Notes: generated by a model from the letters alone, not told the origin. Shown: positions 21,020 through 35,283, counted from the first letter of the stretch. The stretch: DNA of 64,000 nucleotides from Myxococcota bacterium (GCA_023150805.1 JAKLKF010000021.1:1-64000); one strand, 5' to 3'. Program-made: numbers and translations.

Positions 21020-22114
21020 ATGGACGCGATCCTCACCAGCCAGAGCCTGCGCGCCGCCATGGCCGACGGCGCCATCCAGGCGCTGCTGCCCGTGCGCCCC
21101 GACCAGGTGCAGCCCTCCAGCCTGGACCTGCGCCTGGGCGCGCGCGCCTGGCAGCTGCAGTGCAGCTTCCTGCCCGGTGGGCAGGGCATCGAGCGCAAGC
21201 TCGGCCGGCTGGCGACCGCCACCTGGCGGCTGGACCGCGACGATCCGCTGGTGCTGCACGCCGGCGGCGTCTACCTGGTCGAGCTGGAGGAGGTGCTGGA
21301 GCTGCCCGCGGGGGTCTGGGGCCGCACCAACCCCAAGTCCAGCACCGGGCGCCTGGACGTCTTCGTGCGCGTGCTCACCGAGCAGGGCGCGGCCTTCGAC
21401 ACGATCCCGCCGGGCTACCGCGGGCGGCTGTTCCTGGAGGTGACGCCGCAGAGCTTCCACGTCGCCGTGCGCCGCGGCGACTGCCTGGCCCAGCTCCGCC
21501 TGGCGCGGGGCCGGCCGGGCCTGGGCTTCGCCGAGCTGTGCGACTGGCAGGCGCGGCAGCCGCTGTGCACCTGGTCGGACGGCTCGCCCGCCCCGGTCGC
21601 CGACGACCTGCCCCCCGGCGTGCTGCTCTCCGTCGACCTGGAGAGCCAGGACGGCGGCCCGGTCGGCTACATGGCCCGTCGCCACCAGCCGCCCATCGAC
21701 CTGTCCCGCCGCAACCTGCCCGTCGAACGGTACTGGGTGCCGCTGCCCGCCGCCGGGGACGAGGGCCACGTGCTCGAGCCCGAGCAGTTCTACATCTTCG
21801 CCACCCGCGAGCGCCTGTCGATCCCGCCAGAGCTGTGCGCCGAGCTGGTGGCCTTCGATGCCACCAAGGGCGAGCTGCGCACCCACTACGCCGGCTTCAT
21901 CGACAGCGGCTTCGGCTGGTCGGCCCAGGGCGCCCCCGGCGCGCGCCTGGTGCTGGAGATCCGCACCCACGACGTGCCCTTCCTGCTGGAGCACGGCCAG
22001 GCCCTGTTCCGCGTCGAGTTCATGCGCAACGAGGCCACGCCCGACGTGCTCTACGGCAGCGCCGGCAGCAACTACCAGATGCAGGGGCTCAAGCTGGGCA
22101 AGCAGTTCGGCTGA
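21020..22114 (+). CDS. 2'-deoxycytidine 5'-triphosphate deaminase-like protein (long, ~360 aa DCD family)
   Basis: NPKSSTGRLDVFV and GFIDSGFGW, reminiscent of the dCTP deaminase/dUTPase fold. Length matches the long DCD family. Confidence 0.65.
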   Translation: MDAILTSQSLRAAMADGAIQALLPVRPDQVQPSSLDLRLGARAWQLQCSFLPGGQGIERKLGRLATATWRLDRDDPLVLHAGGVYLVELEEVLELPAGVWGRTNPKSSTGRLDVFVRVLTEQGAAFDTIPPGYRGRLFLEVTPQSFHVAVRRGDCLAQLRLARGRPGLGFAELCDWQARQPLCTWSDGSPAPVADDLPPGVLLSVDLESQDGGPVGYMARRHQPPIDLSRRNLPVERYWVPLPAAGDEGHVLEPEQFYIFATRERLSIPPELCAELVAFDATKGELRTHYAGFIDSGFGWSAQGAPGARLVLEIRTHDVPFLLEHGQALFRVEFMRNEATPDVLYGSAGSNYQMQGLKLGKQFG

Positions 22115-24285
<2,171 letters not shown>

Positions 24286-24289
<4 letters not shown>

Positions 24290-24570
24290 CGCTCCACCTG
24301 GATCCGCTGCGCCTCGGCCCGGCGGATCGAGAGGCGCCCCCCACGCAGCTCCAGCTCCAGCGGATCCCCCAGCGGGGCGACGTTGCGCACGGTGACCGTG
24401 GTGCCGGGGAGCAGGCCCAGCTCCAGCAGCCGCCGCCGGAAGGCGCGGTCCCCGCCGACCGCCAGGACCCGGGCAGGCTGGTGCAGGGGCAGCTCGGCGA
24501 GGGAGAGGGGCAGGTGTTCCGCCAGGTGCTCGACGCGGTCGAGGGAGGGAGAGCGGGCGACCATTAGCAC
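24286..24570 (-). CDS. feoA: FeoA family protein
   Basis: SH3-like FeoA motifs (LRRRLLELGLLPGTTVTV...PLGDPLELELRG). GTG at 24570, or ATG at 24564. Confidence 0.8.
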
Positions 24571-24589
24571 CTCCGAGGGAGAGACGTTC

Positions 24590-24606
24590 TAATGAGAATG
24601 ACTATC
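24590..24606. promoter_or_regulatory. Fur-box-like site upstream of feoAB
   Basis: TAATGAGAATGACTATC versus Fur consensus TAATGATAATCATTATC (14/17). Lies in a locally AT-rich patch in an otherwise ~73% GC region. Only ~20 nt from the annotated feoA start, so the true start may be further in. Confidence 0.35.
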
Positions 24607-24748
24607 AGTTTCAAGCGACAAGTTGCCACATCTTCCGGGGGCGCGCCAGGACACGCTCGGGGGGCAGGCGCACGCTGCCAGCCCACGCACGCTGCCAGCC
24701 CACGCCCGCTGCCGCCGGTGCCTCCGCCGGTGCCTCCGCCGGTGCCGA

Positions 24749-25624
24749 CTACCGCTCCTTGTCCGCGAAGAAGCCCGCCGCGGCCAGGAACTGGGCGGTC
24801 GAGCCGTGGGTGTCGGCCCCCGCCCCGCTGTAGGGGGCGTCCGCGGGCAGGCGGTAGCCGGCCGCCGCCATGCCCGCGACGATGGCCTCGGCGTCGGGCC
24901 AGTCGCCGCCCGGGCCGGCGTTGCCCCAGGGCGCCACCCCCAGCGTGGCCACGTCGCGCGCCGGCTCGGCCCGGGCGTTGACGTCGTTGAACCAGGCGGC
25001 CGCGAACCAGGACTGGCGGTCCCGCAGGGCCAGCTCCAGGCCCGCGGCGGTGCCCGCGGACTCCGACAGCAGCCAGGTGCGGTCGTTGTCGACGTCGTAG
25101 AGCGCCCGCGCGGCGTCCAGCGCCCGGGCCCCGTCGTCGGCGGTGGCGGTGCGCCCGTCGAGCACGACGATCAAGGCGTCGCCGACCCCGACGTGGTCGG
25201 CCACCTGCCGCATGTTCGAGAGCATGGCCGAGGCGCCCTCGGTGCCCGAGATCACCACCAGCAGGGGCACCCGCGCCCGCGCGGACACGCCGGCCGGCGC
25301 CAGCAGGCCGACCGGCACCCCACCCAGGCTGGTGCTGGTGCCGCTGGGGAAGTCCCCTCCCCCGCTGCCGCCGCTGCTGCCGTCCAGGGGCGGCTCCACC
25401 TCGACCCCCCCGTCGCCGCTGCCCCCGTCGCCGCTGCCGCCATCCGACGCGCCCCCGTCGCCGCTGCCGCCATCCGACGCGCCGCCGTCGCCGGCCAGCC
25501 CGCCGTCCCCGGCCAGCCCGCCGTCGGCTCGCCCGCTGTCCGCCGGGCCCGGCGGGCCCGCGCCGTCCGGATCGCCGCCGCAGGCCCACAGGCCCAGGAA
25601 CACGCTCCACCACCACGACCGCAT
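24749..25624 (-). CDS. Lipoprotein with DGG low-complexity linker and a putative esterase/alpha-beta hydrolase-like domain
   Basis: MRSWWWSVFLGLWAC lipobox. GDGGASDGGSGDGG repeats. LVVISGTEGASA and LLSESAGTAAG segments suggest a serine hydrolase. Confidence 0.5.
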   Translation of the reverse strand: MRSWWWSVFLGLWACGGDPDGAGPPGPADSGRADGGLAGDGGLAGDGGASDGGSGDGGASDGGSGDGGSGDGGVEVEPPLDGSSGGSGGGDFPSGTSTSLGGVPVGLLAPAGVSARARVPLLVVISGTEGASAMLSNMRQVADHVGVGDALIVVLDGRTATADDGARALDAARALYDVDNDRTWLLSESAGTAAGLELALRDRQSWFAAAWFNDVNARAEPARDVATLGVAPWGNAGPGGDWPDAEAIVAGMAAAGYRLPADAPYSGAGADTHGSTAQFLAAAGFFADKER

Positions 25625-25691
25625 CGCCGCTCCCTGGTGCCGACGCGAGTGTACACCCTCCCCCCACCGCCGTCGCGGGAGGGGGAGGGTC

Positions 25692-26786
25692 CTACTCGCT
25701 GCGGGCCAGGTCGCTCAGGCGGACCTGGCTCATCAGCTCGGCGCCGCCGACCAGGACCAGCTTGTCGATCTTGCCGACCAGCTCGCCCATGGCCTCCAGC
25801 TCCTTGAGCCGCAGCAGGACCGGCGACTGCTCCAGCAGCTTCGCAGTGTTGGCGAGCTGCCGGGTGGCGGCCACCTCCTCGCGCCGCTTGATGGCCAGGG
25901 CCTCGGCCTCCTTGCGGGCCAGGGTGACGCGGTGGACCACGTCCTTGACCTCGCCCGGCAGGATCAGGTCCTTGACCCAGACCTCGGCCAGCGCCAGGCC
26001 GACCGGGGGCAGGGCGACGCGGGCGCGGGCCAGGAGCTGGTCGGACAGCTCGGCGCGGGCCTGGCTGAGGCCGTCCAGGTCGACGGCGGCGACCACCTCG
26101 CGCAGGGCGAGCTGGACCGCGCCGTAGACCAGGGTGTCCCCCTGGCCCTCGCGCAGGCGCTGGACCGGGTCGGTGACCACCACCGCGGCGGCGGCCTTGA
26201 CCCGGACCGGCACCTGGTCCCGGGTCACCAGGTCCTGGGCCGCCAGCTCGACGACCTGCCGCTCGCGGCTGACCGTGCGCAGCGACCAGGGCCCCGCGAC
26301 CCAGGTCCGGTAGCGGCCGGGCGCCAGGGCCCGGACCGGCTTGCCGTCCCGCAGCAGCACGACCTCGGCGTGGCCGTCGGCGGTGGCCTCCTGCCAGGCG
26401 GCCAGGCGCCCCACCTCCAGCACGTCGTCGGCGGCCAGGGCCACCGGCTCGGCGAGCAGGTCGAAGCGCGTGATCTCCTGGCGCGGACCCTCGCGCCACA
26501 GGCGGTAGCGCCCGGCCAGCAGGACCTGGCTGTCGCGGCCCTCGACCCGCAGCACGCCCACCTCGTGGCGCGCGACGGTGACGACGGCGGCCTCGGCCAG
26601 GTCGGCCGGCAGCGGATCGTCGGCCTGCAGCGCGGTCGGGGGCGCGCGCAGGTCGTAGCGGACCAGCTCGGTCAGGGCGCCCAGGGTCCAGATCCAGTGG
26701 CGACCCGGGCCCAGCAGGCGGACGAAGCGACCGTCCCGCAGCAGGGCGACCCGCTCGTGACGGTGGACAGTGATGGACTGCAGCAT
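25692..26786 (-). CDS. SPFH/band-7 domain protein
   Basis: ATG at 26786 (MLQSITVHRHE). C-terminal SPFH-like helical region (KDLILPGEVKDVVHRVTLARKEAEALAIKRREE). Confidence 0.65.
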   Translation of the reverse strand: MLQSITVHRHERVALLRDGRFVRLLGPGRHWIWTLGALTELVRYDLRAPPTALQADDPLPADLAEAAVVTVARHEVGVLRVEGRDSQVLLAGRYRLWREGPRQEITRFDLLAEPVALAADDVLEVGRLAAWQEATADGHAEVVLLRDGKPVRALAPGRYRTWVAGPWSLRTVSRERQVVELAAQDLVTRDQVPVRVKAAAAVVVTDPVQRLREGQGDTLVYGAVQLALREVVAAVDLDGLSQARAELSDQLLARARVALPPVGLALAEVWVKDLILPGEVKDVVHRVTLARKEAEALAIKRREEVAATRQLANTAKLLEQSPVLLRLKELEAMGELVGKIDKLVLVGGAELMSQVRLSDLARSE

Positions 26787-27120
26787 GGGGCACCTCGGGG
26801 TGGGGGGAGGTCGGGGTTGCACAGGGGGTCGACGGTGTCGGCGAGGAGGTCGTCGTGGTCGGCACGGGAGCCGCGCTCCCGCCCCGGGCGAGGGGGCCGC
26901 CGTCGCCTCCGCCGCGCCCGCGCCGAGGCCACGAGGCGGGAGCGGGCGGCGCCGGCACCCGAGGGGGGACGGAGCGGTGCCCGCCCGCGGGCCCGTGGAC
27001 AGACCGGCGAGGGCGATGCCACCGGGCAGAGCCCGAGGGCGTGGCGGGGGGGCGACGGCGCGCCCCGTGTGTGGGAGGCCAGCGTTTCAGGCTGGTGGTG
27101 CCCCCGAGGGGACACCGGGG

Positions 27121-27193
27121 AGGGAATGGCGGGACTCGAACCCGCTCCAGCCGGCGGTCAGGCCGGTGCTCTACCGGGATGAGCTACATTCAC
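27121..27193 (-). tRNA. tRNA-Val (anticodon GAC), with an apparently 6-nt anticodon loop
   Basis: Reverse complement GTGAATGTAGCTCATCCCGGTAGAGCACCGGCCTGACCGCCGGCTGGAGCGGGTTCGAGTCCCGCCATTCCCT. Clear D-arm (GCTC/GAGC), T-arm (GCGGG TTCGAGT CCCGC) and acceptor stem (one U.C mismatch). Anticodon arm is CCGGC-CTGACC-GCCGG. Confidence 0.6.
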
Positions 27194-27721
27194 TGCGACC
27201 ACGCATCCGGGCCGGGCCATGGGCAGGCGATGGCGCGGGACGGGTGGGAGCGAGGCCCGAAGGCCGCCCCGCCCGCCGCTTCCTGCTTGGGCACCCTGCC
27301 CTCGGTAGCGCCGAGGGCACCCGGACCTCCGGAGTCGAACCGGAGACGGCGCCGGGAGGAAGGCCTCCCGACGAGACGACGAGACACGTGTGACATCACG
27401 CATGAACAGACATGCGCACAGGGGTTCGGTGCGCCCGAGAGCAGCGAGCCCCCGGGCTCGGGGGAGGCCGGGGGCTCGCGCGCACGGGGGCGAAGGGTGC
27501 CCTATGCGACGAGGTCGTCCCGACCGGAGTCAGCGCTGTTGTCCAGGTAGAACCCGGAGATCCGGCGCGAGCCGGCTTCGGGCTGGACGGGGGGCCGCGC
27601 GGTGAGGCGGCGCACGAAGAACATCGGTGCCAGGCCCATGTCGGCCTCCAGGCTGGGGTGGACGGGAACTCGAATCACCGTACAGGTATCGAGCGCCGGG
27701 AAGACGCGCAAGCGAGACTGT

Positions 27722-28762
27722 TCATTTTTCCGCGGCCGGCCTGCCCGCCCGCGAGAGCAGGGGCGGCAGGCTCAGCGACAGGATGGCAGCCAGCACCAGG
27801 GCGGCGCCCCACAGCTCGCCCCGGGCGGGGGGCGCCAGGCCGAGCAGGAAGGACAGGGCGAAGCTGGCGACCAGGCCCGCCAGCACGCTGGAGGAGCGGT
27901 TGACCGGCACGCAGAAGGTGTGCTCGCGCCGGTCGAGCAGGATGAGCCCGCCGAACAGGCCCGTGCCCTGCGAGAACAGGCCCACCAGCGCGGTGGCGAG
28001 GACCACCGTGCCCGGCTCGGAGAAGAAGGTGGTGAAGCCGGCCCGCACCTCGCTGGCGAAGGTGCCGTCGCCCCCCAGCAAGGCCACCGCGCCCAGGAAG
28101 GCCAGGACGGCGGGCGTGCCGACGAGCTGCTCCTCGACGAAGTACCGCCGCGTGGCGTCCTGGTCGCTGGACTTGGCCAGGCGGGACATGAAGCGCAGGC
28201 GCACGAAGTAGCTGGCCAGGTAGATGGCCACGTCCACCGCCGCCACCACGGTGATCGCGAAGCCCCCCCGCTCGGCGAAGGCGACCACCAGGGCCAGCAG
28301 GCTGAGCACCAGGGCCAGCCCGCTGAACCAGCGCACCCGGCGGCCCGTCAACAGGTCGATGGTCGGCGCGATGACCAGCACGCCGCCGCGCATCAGCAGC
28401 ATCATGAAGACGATGCTGACCCCTTCGAAGGTGTAGGCCAGCGTGGTGGTGGCCACGATGGCGGCCGTGCACAGCCCGGAGAGGAAGGTCCAGCGGGTGG
28501 GCACCGGAAGCGAGAGCGGCCCGACCGGGAGCTGGGTGGCGTGCTTCCACCAGCCCAGGGCGGAGATGGTCAGGACCATCCCGATCACCGACACGAAGAC
28601 GCTCAGCGGCAACATCTCGTAGCCGGACACCGGGCGGGTCTGCCCCGCCACCAGCCCGGAGCTGAGCGCCTTGGCCGTGGCGCTGTACGGGGCGTAGCAG
28701 GCAAAGTAGCCGAGCGCGAAGAGCCAGATCGAGGCGTCGGCGAGGCGTTGCTTCAGGTCCAT
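27722..28762 (-). CDS. Polytopic membrane protein, DMT/EamA-like transporter candidate
   Basis: 346 aa with ~10 hydrophobic helices. Ends PAAEK then TGA. GC3-biased. Confidence 0.6.
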   Translation of the reverse strand: MDLKQRLADASIWLFALGYFACYAPYSATAKALSSGLVAGQTRPVSGYEMLPLSVFVSVIGMVLTISALGWWKHATQLPVGPLSLPVPTRWTFLSGLCTAAIVATTTLAYTFEGVSIVFMMLLMRGGVLVIAPTIDLLTGRRVRWFSGLALVLSLLALVVAFAERGGFAITVVAAVDVAIYLASYFVRLRFMSRLAKSSDQDATRRYFVEEQLVGTPAVLAFLGAVALLGGDGTFASEVRAGFTTFFSEPGTVVLATALVGLFSQGTGLFGGLILLDRREHTFCVPVNRSSSVLAGLVASFALSFLLGLAPPARGELWGAALVLAAILSLSLPPLLSRAGRPAAEK

Positions 28763-28986
28763 CCCGACAGGCTAAGCCCTGCAGCCCCCGCCTGTGGGCG
28801 CTCCTGCGGCATTTCGTCGAGTTTTCGCCACCTTGCCGTCACGCTCACGCCACACCCGCGCCGCGCGGCGAGGTCCTGTCGTGGCCCTGCGGTGACGTTC
28901 TGTGACCCGCAGGCCCCCGCCCACGTCCTACGCTGGGACAGCTTACACAGCCTTACGCCTCGTTTCGATGCAGCCCGGAGGCCCCC

Positions 28987-29481
28987 TTGGTCCGCCCTCC
29001 TCCCCCGCCGCTTCCCCCGCCCCCCTCCCCGCAGCGCCGCGCCCCCGCCCTCCGGCCCGCGGCGGGCATCGACGCCCTGGTCGAGGTCCTCGAGGCCTGC
29101 TGCGACCCCGGCGCCGCGGACGACGTGCTCGGCCACGGCTTCGGCGCCCGGGTGGGCGAGCTGAGGGATCGCCTGCGGCGGGCGGAGCTGGCGGCGACCT
29201 CGCACAGCCCGACGCCGGACAGCCCGCAGGCCGCCGAGCTGGTGGCCCTGCGGCGGCAGGCCCGCCGGCTGGAGGACGAGCTGATGGCCGTGGTGGCAGA
29301 GGTGGCGGAGCGGCTCGACCGCGCCTGGGAGGACACCGACAGCGCGCGGGACGAGGCCGACGGCCGCTGGTTGCTGCGGCACCTCCCCCCGGGGGCCTGC
29401 GACGAGGCGCGGGCGCTGAAGGCCGAGCTGGCCGCCGCGATCGAGGCCCTGGAGGCGCGCCTGCCCTCCTCGCCGGGCTGA
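28987..29481 (+). CDS. Hypothetical helical protein (start uncertain)
   Basis: Frame has near-100% GC3 and protein-like composition (LVEVLEACCDPGAADDVLGHGFGARVGELRDRLRRAELAA...). The overlapping 1550-aa minus ORF is junk. Confidence 0.4.
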   Translation: MVRPPPPPLPPPPSPQRRAPALRPAAGIDALVEVLEACCDPGAADDVLGHGFGARVGELRDRLRRAELAATSHSPTPDSPQAAELVALRRQARRLEDELMAVVAEVAERLDRAWEDTDSARDEADGRWLLRHLPPGACDEARALKAELAAAIEALEARLPSSPG

Positions 29482-29524
29482 CCGCCTCCTCGCCCCCGGC
29501 GGCGCCGGCGACTACAAGGCAGGC

Positions 29525-30238
29525 ATGCCCGCCCCCGTCGACGCCGCCTTCCTCGCCCCCAACGCCTTCGTCGACAGCGACCACCCGGCCGTCGTCGCCT
29601 TCGCCCACCGGCACGGCGGCGGCCTGCCCCCGCAGCAGGCGATGGTCGCCGTCTACCGCGCCGTCCGGGACGGGCTGCGCTACAACCCCTGGCGCGTCGG
29701 GATGCGGCCCCAGGACTACACGGCCAGCGGCGTGCTGCTGCGCGACCCGGCCGAGGGTGGGCACTGCATCGACAAGGCCAACCTGCTGGCCGCCGCGGCC
29801 CGGGCCCTGGGCGTCGCCAGCCGCCTGCACTTCGCCAACGTGCGCAACCACATCGGCACCGCGCGGCTGGAGGCCCACCTGGGCACCGACCTGCTGGTCT
29901 TCCACGGCTACTGCGAGCTGTGGCTGGGCGGGCGGTGGGTGGCGGCCACCCCCGCCTTCAACGTGGAGCTGTGCCGCCGCCTGGGCGTCGCCCCGCTGGA
30001 CTTCGACGGCGAGCACGACAGCATCTTCCAGGAGTTCGACCCGGTCGCCGGCCGCTTCATGGAGTACGTCGCCGACCACGGCAGCTTCGCCGACATCCCC
30101 TTCGAGCGGATGATGGCGGCCTGGCGCGAGCACTACCCGCGGATCATGAAGCGCGGCGCGTGGCCGCGGCCCGACTCGCCCCTGCCCGGCCAGGACCCCG
30201 CGGCCTCCCCGGTGGAAGGGGAGGGCGCCGGGAGGTAG
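29525..30238 (+). CDS. Transglutaminase-like cysteine protease superfamily protein
   Basis: GHCIDKANLLAAAARALGVASRL (G-x-C...A core), then conserved H (VFHGY) and D residues. Confidence 0.65.
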   Translation: MPAPVDAAFLAPNAFVDSDHPAVVAFAHRHGGGLPPQQAMVAVYRAVRDGLRYNPWRVGMRPQDYTASGVLLRDPAEGGHCIDKANLLAAAARALGVASRLHFANVRNHIGTARLEAHLGTDLLVFHGYCELWLGGRWVAATPAFNVELCRRLGVAPLDFDGEHDSIFQEFDPVAGRFMEYVADHGSFADIPFERMMAAWREHYPRIMKRGAWPRPDSPLPGQDPAASPVEGEGAGR

Positions 30239-30247
30239 GTCAGCGCC

Positions 30248-31528
30248 ATGGACCACCCCGGACCGCACGCCGCCGACGCCGCCCTGCACGCCCTGGTCGA
30301 GCCCGCCGCCGCGCGTGTGCCCGCCGGCCTGGCTCCCCCCTCGCCCGCAGACGGGCCGGACATCGTGGTCTACGGCTACTGGCCCTACTGGGTCGACGAG
30401 CTCGATCCTGCCTGGCTCTCCGGCCTCACCCACCTGGCGATCTTCAACGTCGACCTGAACAGCGACGGCAGCCTGTCCTACGAGTCGCGCTGGACCGGCC
30501 TGGCCGGCGAGGTGGTGCCGCTGGCCCACGCCGCGGGGGTGAAGGTGCACCTGTGCGTCACCTCCTTCGACGAGGACGTGATGCAGGCGGTGCTCTCGGA
30601 CCCCGGCAAGCGGGCCTCCGCCGTGGCGCGGCTGGCGACCCTGGTCGACGCCTACGGCGCCGACGGGGTGAACGTCGACTTCGAGGGGCTGCCCACCAGC
30701 ATGAAGGAGGAGCTGGTCCTGTTCACCCAGGAGCTGCAGGCCGCCACCGGCGAGGTCTGGCACGCCCTGCCGGTGATCGACTGGTCGGGCGCCTACGACT
30801 ACTCCGAGCTGGCCGCCGCCTCCGACGGCCTGTTCATCATGGGCTACGCCTTCCACGGCACCTGGGGCAACCCCGGGCCCAACGACCCGCTGGATCCCTC
30901 GGACCTGTGGGGCAGCTACAGCCTGTCCTGGTCGATCGACGACTACCTCGCGAACGGGGCGCCCGCGCAGTCCCTGGTGCTGGGCCTGCCGCTGTACGGC
31001 CACGCCTGGGAGGTCTCCTCCAACACGGTGCCCACCTCGGTCACCGGGGAGGCCTGGTCGGTGCAGCAGGCCTCCTGCGAGGAGACCTACGCCCGCGGCC
31101 TGTGGGAGTACGACGCGGCCTCCAGCAGCAGCTTCGCGCGGGACGGTGGCGAGCAGCTCTGGTGCGACGACGTCGACGACGTGCGCCTGCGCGTGCAGCG
31201 CGCGGTGGACGAGGGGCTGCTGGGCGTGGGCTTCTGGGCCCTGGGCTACGAGGCCGACGGGCTGTGGGAGATGATGGCGGAGGAGACGGACCTGGGCGGC
31301 GACGGGGGAGGCACCGACGGGGGAGGCACCGACGGGGGAGGCGCCGACGGGGGAGGCGCCGACGGGGGCGCCGAGGGGCGCGGCACCCGCTACGAGGAGC
31401 CCGGCGCCTGCGCCAGCGCCGGCGCGCGCGGGGCCAGGGGCGCGGCGCTGCTGGCCGCGCTGGCCCTGCCGCTGGTCGCCCGGCGGACCCGCCGACGCCT
31501 CGCGGAGATCCCGGCGCCCCGGGTGTAG
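30248..31528 (+). CDS. Glycoside hydrolase family 18 (chitinase-like) protein with C-terminal DGGGT repeats and MYXO-CTERM signal
   Basis: DGVNVDFE catalytic motif (DxxDxDxE), then YAFHG. C-terminus is GGTDGGGTDGGGADGGGADGG...PGACASAGARGARGAALLAALALPLVARRTRRR. No obvious N-terminal signal peptide at the annotated ATG. Confidence 0.75.
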   Translation: MDHPGPHAADAALHALVEPAAARVPAGLAPPSPADGPDIVVYGYWPYWVDELDPAWLSGLTHLAIFNVDLNSDGSLSYESRWTGLAGEVVPLAHAAGVKVHLCVTSFDEDVMQAVLSDPGKRASAVARLATLVDAYGADGVNVDFEGLPTSMKEELVLFTQELQAATGEVWHALPVIDWSGAYDYSELAAASDGLFIMGYAFHGTWGNPGPNDPLDPSDLWGSYSLSWSIDDYLANGAPAQSLVLGLPLYGHAWEVSSNTVPTSVTGEAWSVQQASCEETYARGLWEYDAASSSSFARDGGEQLWCDDVDDVRLRVQRAVDEGLLGVGFWALGYEADGLWEMMAEETDLGGDGGGTDGGGTDGGGADGGGADGGAEGRGTRYEEPGACASAGARGARGAALLAALALPLVARRTRRRLAEIPAPRV

Positions 31529-31552
31529 GCTCTGCGGCCCAGGGAGGCACCG

Positions 31553-33702
<2,150 letters not shown>

Positions 33703-33706
<4 letters not shown>

Positions 33707-35265
33707 GCGCCCGCCAGGAGATCGTGGTCCCCGTGGCCGAGGTGCTGCTGCTGGAGGACCGGGCCCAGGTGCGCCGCCGCGGGAGCCTGCGCCTGCCCCC
33801 CGGCCGCTGCCTGCTGGCGGTGCCGGAGGTGGCGCCCGCCCTGGTGGACCGCACGCTGCAGGCCGCGGCGCGGGGGGCCCAGGTGGTCGACCTGCGGGTC
33901 GTGCGGAGCGCCCGGCTGCGGCGCACCGAGCGCCCCGCCGACCTGGCGGCGCGGGAGGCCCAGGAGCGCGCCCTGCGGGAGCAGGTGGGCGAGCGCAAGG
34001 GCCGGTTGGCCCGCCGCAGCCGGGACCTGGAGCTGGCCCGCCAGGTCGAGGCCCAGGTGCTGGCCGAGCTGGCGCAGGACGTGGCCTGGGGGGTCGCGGA
34101 CCCGGAGGCGTGGACGGCGGCGCTCGCCCCCGCGCGGGCCCGGGCCGACGCGCTGGCCGAGCAGGTGCTGGACCTGCAGGACGAGCTGGCCCTCCTGGAG
34201 CGGCGGCTCACCGACCTCGCGCTGCTGGTCGCCAGCCTGGAGGAGCCCGCCAGCCGGCTGCGGGCCGACCTGCACCTGGAGCTGGTGGTGGAGGCCGAGG
34301 GCGAGGTCGCGCTGGAGCTGGGCTACGTGGTGCCCGGCGCCTGCTGGCGGCCCCTGCACCGGGCCACCCTGCACCGGGCGACGGTGACCGCCGGGCTGCT
34401 CACGATGGAGACCTTCGGCGTGGCCTGGCAGCGCACGGGCGAGGACTGGACGGGCGCGGCGCTCTCGCTGTCCACGCAGCGCGCCTCGCTGGGCGTGGAC
34501 CCGCCCCTGCTCGACGAGGACGAGCTGCGGGCCCGCCCACGGCAGGAGGCCGTGGTGATCGAGGCCCGCGAGCAGGCCATCCAGACGGCGGGCCTGGGCG
34601 GCGAGGCCGGCGCGCCCTCGCCTGTCGACAGCCAGCTCCCCGGCATCGACGACGGCGGCGAGGTGCGCACCCTGCGCGTCCAGGGCCGCCCCTCGCTGCC
34701 CTCGGACGGGCGGCCGCACCACCTGCCCCTCTCCGCCTTCACCTCCCCCGCCACCCTGGACCGGGTCGCCCTGCCCGAGCGCGCGCCGGTCGTGCTGCGC
34801 CGCGTGCGGGCCCAGCACCAGGGTGAGCAGCCCCTGCTGGCAGGGCCCGTCGAGCTGGTGGTCGACGGCGGGCGCGTCGGCCGCACCTCGCTGCGCTTCA
34901 TCGCCCCCGGCGAGCGCTTCGAGCTGGGCCTGGGCCCCGATCCGGACCTGCGCCTGCACCGCCGCGCCGAGCGGGTCGACCCCGAGCCCGGCCCCCTCTC
35001 CCGCTGGGCCAGCACCGAGCACCGGATCACGCTGCGCCTGTCGAACCTGGGCACGGAGGCCCGGTCGGTGGAGCTGACCGAGCGCATCCCGGTCAGCGAG
35101 GTCGAGCAGGTGCGGGTCGAGCTGGACGCCCGCCAGAGCAGCCCGGGCTGCCGCGCGGACGCCGACGGGATGGTGCGCCTGCCGGTCGACCTGGCCCCCG
35201 GCGGCACGGCCGAGCGCGTGCTGGCCTGGAAGCTCGAGCGCAAGCGCGACGTCGCCGGGGTCTGA
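33703..35265 (+). CDS. DUF4140/DUF4139 family protein, paralog 2
   Basis: ATGA overlap with paralog 1. Same architecture (IVVPVAEVLLLEDRAQVRRRG ... GPVELVVDGGRVGRTSLRFIAPGERFELGLGPDPDLRL). It is the only protein-like part of the 1781-aa ORF 29920..35265. Confidence 0.6.
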
Positions 35266-35283
35266 TCCCCGGGTGCGGGGGGC

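Noticed and set aside
21020-22114. dCTP deaminase-like gene considered as a nucleotide-depletion anti-phage effector
   Set aside because: It belongs to the long ~360-aa housekeeping DCD-type family by length and motifs, lies in GC-typical core sequence next to feoAB, and has no defense-gene neighbours.
27325-27341. Second tRNA suggested by a perfect T-arm-like element TCCGGTTCGACTCCGGA
   Set aside because: No acceptor-stem complement, D-arm or anticodon arm could be assembled around it in either orientation. Kept only as a low-confidence finding.
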